From: Candidatus Omnitrophota bacterium
Lineage (GTDB): Bacteria; Omnitrophota; Gorgyraeia; Gygaellales; Profunditerraquicolaceae
Direction of reading: 5' to 3'
Length of the DNA: 64,000 nucleotides
Assembly (NCBI GenBank): GCA_028717885.1
Contig: JAQUMX010000006.1
Span: 206 to 64,205 of the forward strand
The notes beneath the pieces were generated by a model, which saw only the letters and a list, made by a program, of their open reading frames with translations, did no database searches and had not been told where the DNA came from. This document shows positions 49,570-59,144 of the stretch, piece by piece. Each line of letters starts with the position of its first letter. Position 1 is the first letter of the stretch. Position numbers and translations under genes: made by a program.

Positions 49570-50559
49570 ATGGGTATAAAATGGAGAGATTTTCAGCTAC
49601 CAAAAAGATTAGAATGTGACGAGACCACATATACTAATACTTATGGTAAGTTTTTTGCCGCTCCTTTTGAGAGGGGTTATGGCGTTACTTTAGGTAATTC
49701 CTTAAGAAGGGTTTTATTGTCTTCGATCGAAGGCAGCGCCGTGACGAGCATAAAAATCGTAGGAGTCAGCCACGAATTCTCCTCGATCCCCGGCGTTTTG
49801 GAAGATATCCCGGAGATCATCCTGAATATCAAATCCCTGGTTTTAAATTCCCATTCCAAGATCCCGAAAACTATCTATATCAAGAAGAATGGCAAAGGCG
49901 ATATCAAGGCAAAGGATATCGAAAGCGACGAGACTATCGAGATAATCAACCAGGACCTGCATATCGCAACTCTTACAAAAGAAGCAAAATTCAACATGGA
50001 GATGGAGGTTGCGCGCGGCCGCGGTTATGTGCCGGCAGATTCGAATAAAAAAGAAGGCCAGGCTTTAGGGGTAGTTGCCATTGATTCGATCTTTAGCCCG
50101 GTAAAAAAGGTGAATTTCTCTATCGAGAATACCCGTGTTGGGCAGAGGACGGATTATGACAAACTGGTCTTGGAAATCTGGACTAACGGGGCCATTTCTC
50201 CGAAAGATGCTTTATTGTATGCTTCCAATATTTTACAGCGCCATCTGGATATCTTCGTCAGCTTCGGCCAATTGCCGGAAGAAATCGAAGAGGAGCCAGA
50301 GATGACTAAGGAAGAAGCAGCACTCTATGAAAAACTGAGGCTGCCGATTTCCGAGCTGGAACTTTCCGTGCGCAGCTCCAATTGCTTAAGGGAAGCTAAT
50401 ATCAAGACTATCGCTGAATTAGTGAAAAAGAGCGAAGATGAAATGTTAAGCTTCAAGAACTTCGGCAAAAAGTCCCTCACAGAAATCAAGGAACTGCTTG
50501 CCGGCATGGGCTTAACTTTAGGGATGCAGGTTGACCCGAAAAAAATAAAGAAGGCTTAA
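49570..50559 (+). CDS. rpoA: DNA-directed RNA polymerase subunit alpha
   Basis: (F).(A).P(F)ERG(Y)G.TLGN(S)LRR(V)LLSS(I)(E)G(S)A(V)T and C-terminal (L)ELSVR(S).NCL. Confidence 0.97.
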   Translation: MGIKWRDFQLPKRLECDETTYTNTYGKFFAAPFERGYGVTLGNSLRRVLLSSIEGSAVTSIKIVGVSHEFSSIPGVLEDIPEIILNIKSLVLNSHSKIPKTIYIKKNGKGDIKAKDIESDETIEIINQDLHIATLTKEAKFNMEMEVARGRGYVPADSNKKEGQALGVVAIDSIFSPVKKVNFSIENTRVGQRTDYDKLVLEIWTNGAISPKDALLYASNILQRHLDIFVSFGQLPEEIEEEPEMTKEEAALYEKLRLPISELELSVRSSNCLREANIKTIAELVKKSEDEMLSFKNFGKKSLTEIKELLAGMGLTLGMQVDPKKIKKA

Positions 50560-50563
50560 AAAA

Positions 50564-51142
50564 ATGAGACATGCAAAAGCAGGGCTACAATTCAACCGTT
50601 TTACCAGCTGGCGTGCTGCAACTTTAAAGAGCCTGGCAAGAAGTATCTTGGTTTATCAGAGCATTAAGACCACCAAGGTCCGGGCAAAAGCAGTCAAGCC
50701 TTTGGTAGAAAAACTGATCAGCCTGGCAAAAGAAAATTCTCTGGCGGCAAAAAGGCAGGCTAATCGGATTTTAAATGACCATCAGCTGGTTTCTCTTTTA
50801 TTTAACGAGATCGGCCCGCGTTTTGCCAACCGCGCGAGCGGCTTTACCAGGATTCTGGATATTGGCAAAAGGCGTGGAGATAATGCGGAAATCGTTATTC
50901 TTGAGTTAACGGAAATAAAGAAAAAAGAACCGAAGAAAATCAAGAAAGAAGAGAAATCCAAGGAAGAGCCGGTTTCCGGGCAGCCGCACGAACATGAACA
51001 CCCGCACGCGGAAAAAGAAAAACCCGCGCCGCATAAGCATGCTCCGGAAGAAAAAGAAAAGCCCGGATCAGAGAAAAAACCGCCGAAGAAATTCTTAGGC
51101 GGCATTCGCGGCATATTTAAGAAAGAACGCGATTCTTTATAA
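50564..51142 (+). CDS. rplQ: 50S ribosomal protein L17 with ~70-aa charged/His-rich C-terminal extension
   Basis: MRH...G..(F)(N)R...(W)R.A(T)L(K)(S)L start; canonical L17 core ends about residue 120, ORF continues to 192 aa. Confidence 0.93.
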   Translation: MRHAKAGLQFNRFTSWRAATLKSLARSILVYQSIKTTKVRAKAVKPLVEKLISLAKENSLAAKRQANRILNDHQLVSLLFNEIGPRFANRASGFTRILDIGKRRGDNAEIVILELTEIKKKEPKKIKKEEKSKEEPVSGQPHEHEHPHAEKEKPAPHKHAPEEKEKPGSEKKPPKKFLGGIRGIFKKERDSL

Positions 51143-51170
51143 AAATTGTCGTTAACGGATATTAACGATC

Positions 51171-52346
51171 ATGCGCATAGATACACGGTTGGCAGAGCGC
51201 TTAAAAAAAATAAATCCTTCCTCGACGCTCGCCATTACCAGTAAAGCAAAGAAATTAAAATCAGAAGGCCGGGATATCGTTAGTTTCGGAGCCGGCGAGC
51301 CTGATTTTGACACTCCTGATTTCGTAAAAGCCGCTGCAATAGAGGCAATCAACAGCGGCTTTACCAAATACACTCCAACCACCGGCACGCCGGAATTAAA
51401 AAAAGCCATTTCCGAAAAATTCAAAAAAGAAAATTCCCTGGATTACAATCCTTCGCAAGTTGTAGTCTCCTGCGGGGCAAAGCACTCTATTTTTAATATT
51501 CTTTTTGTTTTGATTGACCGCGGTGACGAAGTTCTGATTCCTTGCCCTTACTGGGTAAGCTATCCGGAGATGGTTAATCTCTGCGAAGGCTTGCCTAAAT
51601 TTGTCAAGACCCGCCCGGAAAATAAATTCAAAATGACAATCGAAGATCTGGAGCGCTGCCTTAACCCAAAAACGAAAATCCTTATCCTGAACAGCCCGTC
51701 AAATCCAACCGGTTGTGTTTATTCCGAGCAGGAGCTAAAACAAATCGCCCAGCTTTGCGTAAAGAAAAAAATCTTTGTGATTTCCGATGAGATCTACGAA
51801 AAGATTATCTATGATTCGGCAAAACACATCTCGATTGCCTCTTTAGGCAAAGATATTAATGACCTGGCGATTACGGTAAACGGCATTTCCAAAAGCTATT
51901 CCATGACCGGATGGAGGATCGGCTATCTGGCAGGCCCGCAGGATATTGTGGATGCGATTTCTAAATTGCAGGATCATACTACATCCTGCCCGTCTTCGAT
52001 CAGCCAGAAAGCAGCCGTAGCAGCGTTAAATGATAACGGCGAATTTGCCAAAAAGATTACTTTGGAATTTCTAAGGCGCAGGAATTATTGCATCAAGCGT
52101 TTAAACGCCATGCCTAAGGTTAGCCCGGTTGTCCCGGAAGGCGCTTTTTATATTTTTTGCGATATTTCCAAAACAAAATTAAAGTCTTTGGACTTTGCTA
52201 CCCGTTTATTGGATGAGGCGATGGTGGCGGTAATCCCCGGAAATGGTTTTGGCAGGGATGATTATATGCGTATCAGTTTTGCTACCAGTATGGAACAATT
52301 ACAAAAAGGCTTGGACAGGATAGAGGAGTGGTTGAAAAAACTTTAA
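51171..52346 (+). CDS. Class I PLP-dependent aminotransferase (aspartate aminotransferase-like)
   Basis: FGAGEPDFDTP, NSPSNPTG, PLP-lysine block SKSYSMTGWRIGY. Confidence 0.85.
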   Translation: MRIDTRLAERLKKINPSSTLAITSKAKKLKSEGRDIVSFGAGEPDFDTPDFVKAAAIEAINSGFTKYTPTTGTPELKKAISEKFKKENSLDYNPSQVVVSCGAKHSIFNILFVLIDRGDEVLIPCPYWVSYPEMVNLCEGLPKFVKTRPENKFKMTIEDLERCLNPKTKILILNSPSNPTGCVYSEQELKQIAQLCVKKKIFVISDEIYEKIIYDSAKHISIASLGKDINDLAITVNGISKSYSMTGWRIGYLAGPQDIVDAISKLQDHTTSCPSSISQKAAVAALNDNGEFAKKITLEFLRRRNYCIKRLNAMPKVSPVVPEGAFYIFCDISKTKLKSLDFATRLLDEAMVAVIPGNGFGRDDYMRISFATSMEQLQKGLDRIEEWLKKL

Positions 52347-53599
52347 TGGGTAAGACAATCGCGGAAAAAATTTTAAGCAGCCACTCCGGCAAGGGCCTTT
52401 CAGCCGGAGATTTTGCAATTTGCAAAGTAGATTTTACTTTCGGACAGGACGGCACTTCTTCGATTATTATTGACCGGGTCAAAGAGCTGGGCGCGGATTC
52501 CTTAAAAACTAACTTTTGTATGGTGATTGACCATAGCGCGCCATCTCCCAGCGAAGGCGTTTCTCGCGTGCATAAAAAGATGCGCGGGTTTGCCCAGGAT
52601 TATAAAGTTTTTCTTTATGATATCGGCTGCGGAGTCTGCCACCAGGTAATTCCCGCTTCGGGAAAAATCCTCCCCGGAGATTTAGTACTGGGAGCTGATT
52701 CACATACCTGCACTTACGGCGCATTAAGCGCATTTTCTACGGGTGTTGGCTCAACTGACCTGGCAATTGCCGCTGCTACGGGAAAAAACTGGTTTAAGGT
52801 CCCGGAAACAATCAAAATTATCGTTAAAGGAAAAATTCCTAAGGGTATTTTTGCCAAAGATATCATCCTGCATATTATTACCAGTATTGGAGCAGACGGG
52901 GCTACTTACAAAGCAGTAGAATTTTCCGGCCCGGTAATCGATAATTTAAGCATGGATGCGCGCCTTACCATTTGCAACATGGTAGTAGAGATGGGCGCAA
53001 AAGCCGGGTTTATGCCGGTGGATAAAAAGGCCGTTGATTGGCTGAAAGCGCGCGGAGTGCCGGCGAATAAAATCAAGAAAATTGCCGCAGATAAAGATGC
53101 GCATTATGCGCAAGTCCTGGAATACGATATTTCCCGCTTGACACCGCAGGTAGCCAGGCCTCATAATGTAGATAGCGCAGTAAGCGTAACTGCCCTTAAA
53201 GACGTTAAAATCCAGGAAGGCTATCTTGGTACTTGCACTAACGGCAGGCTGGAAGACTTAGAAATTGCCGCTAAAATCTTAAAAGGAAAGAAAGTTTTTC
53301 CCGGAGTGCGGTTTATTATCGCCCCGGCATCGCGGGAAATTTATTTGCAGGCATTAAAAGAAGGCCTGGTCGATATTTTTGTCAAATCAGGTGCGGTGAT
53401 TGTTTCACCCGGATGCGGCCCATGCGTAGGCACGCATAACGGCGTTCCGGCAGACGGAGAAGTAGTAATTTCCAGCGCCAACAGGAATTTTAAAGGCAGG
53501 ATGGGTAATCCCAATAGCTTTATTTATTTGGCATCACCGGCAACCGTCGCAGCGTCGGTCATCAAAGGGAGGATAAATGATCCGAGAAGATGTTTCTAA
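52346..53599 (+). CDS. Aconitase-family dehydratase, large subunit (3-isopropylmalate/homoaconitate dehydratase type)
   Basis: ~417 aa; GADSHT, GTCTNGR and PGCGPCVG Fe-S ligand blocks; ATG 52346 shares one nt with the upstream stop. Confidence 0.82.
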   Translation: MGKTIAEKILSSHSGKGLSAGDFAICKVDFTFGQDGTSSIIIDRVKELGADSLKTNFCMVIDHSAPSPSEGVSRVHKKMRGFAQDYKVFLYDIGCGVCHQVIPASGKILPGDLVLGADSHTCTYGALSAFSTGVGSTDLAIAAATGKNWFKVPETIKIIVKGKIPKGIFAKDIILHIITSIGADGATYKAVEFSGPVIDNLSMDARLTICNMVVEMGAKAGFMPVDKKAVDWLKARGVPANKIKKIAADKDAHYAQVLEYDISRLTPQVARPHNVDSAVSVTALKDVKIQEGYLGTCTNGRLEDLEIAAKILKGKKVFPGVRFIIAPASREIYLQALKEGLVDIFVKSGAVIVSPGCGPCVGTHNGVPADGEVVISSANRNFKGRMGNPNSFIYLASPATVAASVIKGRINDPRRCF

Positions 53600-53615
53600 A
53601 GTAGGGGGGTCGACC

Positions 53616-54662
53616 ATGGAGATCAAAGACCTGTTAATGCTTTGTATCGAGAAACAAGCTTCGGATTTGCACCTTACCGAAAATGAGCCGCCGATCCTGC
53701 GTATCGACGGGAAATTGATCCGCACGGAATTCCCGGTAATGAACCGCCATGATTTAAAACGCATGGTTTATAGCGTGCTCTCCAACCCGCAAAAAGAATT
53801 ATTCGAAAAAAATTTAGAGCTGGATTTTTCCCTGGCATTTCCCGGGATGGACCGTTTCCGCGCCAATATACATATGCAAAAAGGGTGTGTGGAAGTGGCA
53901 TTCCGGCGCGTGCCGATTACCGTGCCCAGCACCGATGAATTAGGGTTGCCTCCTATGCTCGCGGAATTAGCGCGTAAGCCTAACGGCCTGGTTTTGGTTA
54001 CCGGCCCTACAGGCGTAGGAAAGACTACAACCTTGGCTGCATTAATCGAGCAAATCAATCAGGAAAGAGAAGCATTGATTATTTCTATCGAGGACCCGAT
54101 CGAGTTTGTTTTTACAAACAAGAAGAGCGTGATTAAACAAAGGGAAGTTTACGCGGATACGCATTCTTTTTCCGAAGCATTAAGGCACGCTTTGCGTCAG
54201 GACCCCAATGTTATCGTTGTAGGCGAAATGCGCGATTTGGAAACTATTTCTACCACACTTACCGCTGCAGAAACCGGCCACTTGGTTTTAGCTACCTTGC
54301 ACACCCCGGATGCGCCGCAGACAATCGAAAGAATTATTGACGTATTCCCGCCGCACCAGCAAACGCAGGTAAAATTGCAGTTGGCAGACTGTTTGCAAGG
54401 GGTGGTTTCCCAGTTGTTGCTCCCGCGCGCAGCCGGAAAGGGGCGCGTGCTTGCCTGTGAAATCATGGTGGCAACCCCTGGCATCAGGAATATGATCCGC
54501 GAGCAGGAGATCGAGCAGATCCCTACGGCAATGCAAACCGGCAGCCAATTCGGGATGAAAACCATGGACCGCTCATTAAAAGATTTATTCCAGCAGGGAA
54601 TTATCACCTTGGACGCCGCTTTATCAAAAGTTAAAAACGCAGAGGAATTCAAGCACTTATGA
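53616..54662 (+). CDS. pilT: Type IV pilus retraction ATPase PilT-like
   Basis: ASDLHL, Walker A GPTGVGKTT, Walker B VIVVGEMRD, His box TGHLVLATLHT, PilT-type GIRNMIRE; ATG 53616 behind GGGGGG (track start 53577 overlaps the upstream gene). Confidence 0.88.
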   Translation: MEIKDLLMLCIEKQASDLHLTENEPPILRIDGKLIRTEFPVMNRHDLKRMVYSVLSNPQKELFEKNLELDFSLAFPGMDRFRANIHMQKGCVEVAFRRVPITVPSTDELGLPPMLAELARKPNGLVLVTGPTGVGKTTTLAALIEQINQEREALIISIEDPIEFVFTNKKSVIKQREVYADTHSFSEALRHALRQDPNVIVVGEMRDLETISTTLTAAETGHLVLATLHTPDAPQTIERIIDVFPPHQQTQVKLQLADCLQGVVSQLLLPRAAGKGRVLACEIMVATPGIRNMIREQEIEQIPTAMQTGSQFGMKTMDRSLKDLFQQGIITLDAALSKVKNAEEFKHL

Positions 54663-55159
54663 AATTATCCGGCAAGGCAGTTAAACTAGGCGATAATATC
54701 AATACTGATTTTATTATTTCCGGCCGTTATAAATTCGCCATTACTGACATGAAGGAACTGGCAAAGCATATTATGGAGGATATTGACCCGGAGTTTCCTA
54801 AAAAGATTGTCCCCGGTAAAACTGTTTTGGTCGCAGGAAATAATTTTGGCATGGGCTCATCGCGTGAACAGGCTCCTTTGGTAATTAAAGAATCCGGGAT
54901 TATTGCTTGTGTAGCTACTTCTTTTGCGCGGATTTTCTACCGCAATGCTTTTAATATCGGGCTGCCCTTGATCGAATTAGATACTGTTAAGATCGACGAA
55001 CAGGACGAGCTGGAAATTGACCTTGATCACGGGGTGGTAAAAGATTTAACCAAAAATAAAGAATATAAAATCAAGCCTTTGCCTCCGTTTATGCAGGAAT
55101 TATTAAAAGAAGGCGGAGTGGTGAATTATATCAAGAAATATAAAGAGCTTAAGGTTTAA
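54659..55159 (+). CDS. Aconitase-family dehydratase, small subunit (LeuD/HacB type)
   Basis: 166 aa; [26 protein letters not shown] block; ATGA overlap with the pilT stop. Confidence 0.82.
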   Translation: MKLSGKAVKLGDNINTDFIISGRYKFAITDMKELAKHIMEDIDPEFPKKIVPGKTVLVAGNNFGMGSSREQAPLVIKESGIIACVATSFARIFYRNAFNIGLPLIELDTVKIDEQDELEIDLDHGVVKDLTKNKEYKIKPLPPFMQELLKEGGVVNYIKKYKELKV

Positions 55160-55160
55160 G

Positions 55161-56240
55161 ATGCATAAAATAACTTTAATCCCCGGTGACGGGATCGGGC
55201 CGGAAGTAGCAGATGCAGCCAGAAGGTGTATCGACGCTACCGGAGTAAAAATCGAATGGGAAGAAGCAATTGCCGGGCAATTGGCTTTGGAAAAACAAGG
55301 AAGCCTTTTACCGGATAGCGTGATTGCTTCGATCAAAAAGAATAAAGTCGCGTTAAAGGGGCCGATTGTTACGCCTATCGGCACGGGTTTTCGCTCGGTG
55401 AATGTTGCTATTCGCCATGCTTTGGATTTATTTGCCTGCGTGCGCCCGGCAAAATCATACGCCGGTGTGCGAAGCAATTACCGCGATATTGATTTGGTGA
55501 TTGTGCGTGAGAACAGCGAAGATTTATACGCAGGGATTGAGTTTGAGGAAGGTAAGTCGGAAACGATAAATCTGATTGAGCAAATAGAAAAATACAGCAA
55601 AAAGAAAATTCGCCCGGATTCCGGGATTTCAATTAAGCCGATTTCCAAGACCGCTTCCGAGAGGATCGTGCGTTTTGCTTTTGAATATGCCTTAAAAAAT
55701 AACCGGAAAAAAGTTACTGCCATTCAAAAAGCAAATATCATGAAATTTACCGATGGCCTTTTCCTGAAAGTTGCCCGCGAAGTGGCAAAAGAATATGAAG
55801 GAAAGGTAGTTTTTGAAGAAGGCCTGGTAGATAATATGTCCATGCAGCTGGTGCAGAAGCCGCACAATTACGATGTGTTGGTATTGCCTAACCTTTACGG
55901 AGATATTCTTTCCGATCTTTGTGCCGGATTGATCGGAGGCTTAGGTATTGCTCCGGGCGCAAATATCGGAGAAGAGGCAGCGGTTTTTGAAGCGGTACAT
56001 GGATCTGCTCCCAAATATACCGGCCAGAATAAAGTTAATCCTACGGCAATGATTCTTTCCGGAGTGTTGATGCTGCGCCATATCAAAGAAGAAAAAGCCG
56101 CAGACAAATTAGAAGCGGCGGTAAAGGCAGTGTTAGCAGAAGGTAAATCCGTTACTTACGATTTAAAGCCTGACCGTAACGATCCTACCAGTGTAGGCAC
56201 ACGGGAAATGGCTGACGCAATCATTGCGAAACTAACATGA
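55161..56240 (+). CDS. Isocitrate/homoisocitrate dehydrogenase-like beta-decarboxylating dehydrogenase
   Basis: [15 protein letters not shown](I)R..LDL(F)A.VRP, (V)(I)VREN(S)EDLY(A)[10 protein letters not shown](L)..GL(I)GGLG blocks. Confidence 0.85.
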   Translation: MHKITLIPGDGIGPEVADAARRCIDATGVKIEWEEAIAGQLALEKQGSLLPDSVIASIKKNKVALKGPIVTPIGTGFRSVNVAIRHALDLFACVRPAKSYAGVRSNYRDIDLVIVRENSEDLYAGIEFEEGKSETINLIEQIEKYSKKKIRPDSGISIKPISKTASERIVRFAFEYALKNNRKKVTAIQKANIMKFTDGLFLKVAREVAKEYEGKVVFEEGLVDNMSMQLVQKPHNYDVLVLPNLYGDILSDLCAGLIGGLGIAPGANIGEEAAVFEAVHGSAPKYTGQNKVNPTAMILSGVLMLRHIKEEKAADKLEAAVKAVLAEGKSVTYDLKPDRNDPTSVGTREMADAIIAKLT

Positions 56241-56297
56241 CCTTCCGCAAAACTTTGTTTAGGGTCATGGTGCGCGAGTGAAACGAGTCGAACCATG
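56238..56297 (+). repeat. Family-2 cassette (copy 3, ICDH-like stop to mdh start)
   Basis: TGACCT...AGGGTCATGGTGCGCGAGTGAAACGAGTCGAACCATG; CATGGT (56266-56271)/ACCATG (56292-56297). Confidence 0.7.
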
Positions 56298-57215
56298 AAA
56301 ATTTCTATTATCGGTGCCGGAAATGTCGGCGGAACTGCAGCTATGCGCCTTGCCCAGGAGGGTATAGGCGATATTTTTTTAATTGATATCGCTAAGGGCT
56401 TAGCACAGGGAAAAGCTTTTGATTTGGACGACGCTCGCCCGATTCTAAAACATCATTACCATATTACAGGCACCGAGGATTTCGCAGCAGTAAAAGATTC
56501 GGAGATTGTGGTGGTTACAGCCGGCTTGGCAAGAAAACCCGGAATGACCCGCGAGGACCTTTTAAATAAAAACGCCGCGATCTTAAAAAGTATCTGCCTG
56601 GATTTAAAAAAACTCTCTCCCAAGGCAATCCTTATTATTGTTACTAATCCGCTGGATATTATGACTTACCTGGCATTGAAAGTAACCGGCTTTAAAGCGA
56701 ACCGGGTAATTGGCATGGGAGTCAGCCTTGACGCTGCAAGGTTTGCAAATCTCATTAGCCAGGAATTAAAGGTTTCCAGTGCTGATGTAGAGGCAATGGT
56801 AATCGGCGGCCACGGAGAAGGGATGTTGCCTTTAGCGCGTTTTAGCAATATTAAAGGTGTGGCGTTGGATGAATTTATCGGCGAAGATAAAATTAATGAG
56901 TTAGTGCAGCGTACTTTTGACCGCGGAAAAGAAATTGTTTCATTATTAGGCAGCGGCAGCGCTTTTTATGCTCCTTCTGCGGCAATTGCGCAAATGGTAA
57001 AAATCATTGCCAAGGATGAGAAGCGTACTATCGGCGCCTGCGCCTACTTAAACGGCGAATATGGATTAGAAGACCTCTGTATCGGAGTACCGGTGCGTTT
57101 AGGCAATAATGGCATTGAGGAAATTATTAAATTAGATTTGAATAAACAGGAAACCGAAGCCCTTCTTAAAGCAGCGGATCAAATTAAGGAACAATATAAA
57201 AACTTAACCATCTAA
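56295..57215 (+). CDS. mdh: Malate dehydrogenase (LDH-like family)
   Basis: IIGAGNVGG Rossmann motif; substrate-loop AGLARKPGMTRED has Arg at the position that is Gln in lactate dehydrogenases; catalytic (I)GGHG. Confidence 0.9.
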   Translation: MKISIIGAGNVGGTAAMRLAQEGIGDIFLIDIAKGLAQGKAFDLDDARPILKHHYHITGTEDFAAVKDSEIVVVTAGLARKPGMTREDLLNKNAAILKSICLDLKKLSPKAILIIVTNPLDIMTYLALKVTGFKANRVIGMGVSLDAARFANLISQELKVSSADVEAMVIGGHGEGMLPLARFSNIKGVALDEFIGEDKINELVQRTFDRGKEIVSLLGSGSAFYAPSAAIAQMVKIIAKDEKRTIGACAYLNGEYGLEDLCIGVPVRLGNNGIEEIIKLDLNKQETEALLKAADQIKEQYKNLTI

Positions 57216-57224
57216 ACTTAAACG

Positions 57225-58484
57225 ATGGATTACGACCTGATTATTATCGGTGCAGGCTGGGCAGGCTTTAATGCAGCGCTTGAAGCTAAAAAAGCCGGCC
57301 TAAAAACAGCACTGGTAGAAAAAGGCGAAGTTGGCGGTACTTGCCTTAACCGCGGATGTATTCCTACCAAATCTTTAATCAATAGCGCCAAGGTTTTTCA
57401 ACTCTCCAGATGTACCGGTTTAAATCTCTACAAGCTTCAGGAACGTAAAGAGCAGATTATTACACAGTTGCGCCAGGGGATTACCTTTAGCCTCAAAGGC
57501 ATTGATCTGCTCTCTGGTGAAGCGGAAATTCTATCCTCTACTCAAGTAAAAATCTCCGAGAAAACCCTAACCACGAAATCCCTGCTGATTGCTACCGGCT
57601 CAAAGCCGGTTCAGATCAAGGGATTGGAGTTTGATGGGAAAAAAATAATTTCCAGCGATGAGATCTTGAATTTAAAAGATGAGATCCCGCGCTCGCTTTT
57701 GATTGTAGGAGGAGGAGTAATCGGCTGTGAATTCGCTTCTTTGTTCAATCATTTAGGAACTGCAGTCACGATTGCCGAAAAAATGCCGCAGCTATTGCCT
57801 AATGAAGAACGAGAAATTGCCAAAAAGCTGGAAAACATTTTTAAAAAAAAGGGGATCAAGGTTAACACCGCAATTGACGCAACCACAATTAACCTAAAAG
57901 ATTTTTCTTTGGTGTTAGTTTGTGTAGGGAGGGTTCCGGTTGTACCAAATTTAGAAAAAGCCGGGGTGATCCTTGAGCGAAATCGCATTGTGGTAGATGA
58001 ATACCTGCGTACGAATATTCCCAATATCTACGCAGCAGGCGATTGTACCGGAAAGATTATGTTAGCGCATTACGCAGCTTACCAGGGAAAAATTGCCGCG
58101 CACAATATTGCCCAGCCAAATGCTCTGCAGAAAGCTGACAATCCGAATGTGCCGAATTGTATTTTTACCAGCCCCGAAATCGCCAGTGTCGGCTTAAACG
58201 AAGAAGCGGCAAAAGCCAAAGGCATAGAGGTAAAAGTCAATAGGTTTGATTTTCTCGCTTCAGGGATGGCGCGTATCCTTGAGGAAACCGATGGGTTCAT
58301 TAAAATCATCTCCGACTCTAAAACTGATAAAATTCTCGGCGCCTCCATTATCGGCCCGCGCGCCACAGAATTGATCGCTACTCTGACTTTAGCAGTTTCT
58401 TGCCAGCTTACGCTAGTTCAAATCCGCGAAACTATCTTTGCGCATCCGACGATTTCAGAAGCCATACACGAAGCCATAAGTTAA
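57225..58484 (+). CDS. lpdA: Dihydrolipoyl dehydrogenase-like flavoprotein disulfide reductase (short, 419 aa)
   Basis: GAGWAG FAD motif, redox CLNRGC(IPTK), second Rossmann GGGVIGCE, C-terminal HPT(I)SE. Confidence 0.75.
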   Translation: MDYDLIIIGAGWAGFNAALEAKKAGLKTALVEKGEVGGTCLNRGCIPTKSLINSAKVFQLSRCTGLNLYKLQERKEQIITQLRQGITFSLKGIDLLSGEAEILSSTQVKISEKTLTTKSLLIATGSKPVQIKGLEFDGKKIISSDEILNLKDEIPRSLLIVGGGVIGCEFASLFNHLGTAVTIAEKMPQLLPNEEREIAKKLENIFKKKGIKVNTAIDATTINLKDFSLVLVCVGRVPVVPNLEKAGVILERNRIVVDEYLRTNIPNIYAAGDCTGKIMLAHYAAYQGKIAAHNIAQPNALQKADNPNVPNCIFTSPEIASVGLNEEAAKAKGIEVKVNRFDFLASGMARILEETDGFIKIISDSKTDKILGASIIGPRATELIATLTLAVSCQLTLVQIRETIFAHPTISEAIHEAIS

Positions 58485-58487
58485 ATT

Positions 58488-59144
58488 ATGGAAGTAAGAA
58501 TATTCGATTTAGGCCTGGTTGATTTTAAAAGCGCCTGGGATTTTCAGCATCAGGTTTTTGCGCAGGTTAAATCCGGCGAATTTAATTTTGCCTTAATCAC
58601 CTGTCGGCATCATCCGGTAATTACCTTAGGCAGAAGCGCTAAGAAGGGGAATATTTTAGCTTCTTGCGAAGAATTAAGGCGGCGTAATGTCGAAATTTTT
58701 GAAATCGAGCGCGGAGGAGACGCAACTTTTCACTATCCCGGGCAATTAACGCTTTATCCAGTCTTTAATTTAGCGTACTTAAAAAAAGATATCCATTGGT
58801 TTTTGCGGGAATTGGAAGAAGTGATTATTGACAGTTGTGTTGATTGCGGATGCTTCTTGCAAAGGAAATCCGGCTTAACCGGCGTTTGGTCCGGCGAGAG
58901 AAAAATTGCCTCTATCGGTATTGCTATCCGGCACTGGATTACTTTTCACGGGGTAAGCCTGAATATTAAGCCGCATGGATTGGAAGGTTTTAATTTAATC
59001 CGGCCGTGCGGTATGAATATAGAAATGACAACATTGGAAGAAATCTTAGGCAGAAGTATTGAAGTTGATGAAGTCAAGAATAACCTGATTGAGAAGATGA
59101 AAGGGGCCTGCTATGACAAAAGTAATGTTGCCGGAGTTAGGTGA
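58488..59144 (+). CDS. lipB: Octanoyltransferase LipB
   Basis: RGGDATFHYPGQL(T)(L)YP and catalytic-region RPCG blocks. Confidence 0.88.
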   Translation: MEVRIFDLGLVDFKSAWDFQHQVFAQVKSGEFNFALITCRHHPVITLGRSAKKGNILASCEELRRRNVEIFEIERGGDATFHYPGQLTLYPVFNLAYLKKDIHWFLRELEEVIIDSCVDCGCFLQRKSGLTGVWSGERKIASIGIAIRHWITFHGVSLNIKPHGLEGFNLIRPCGMNIEMTTLEEILGRSIEVDEVKNNLIEKMKGACYDKSNVAGVR

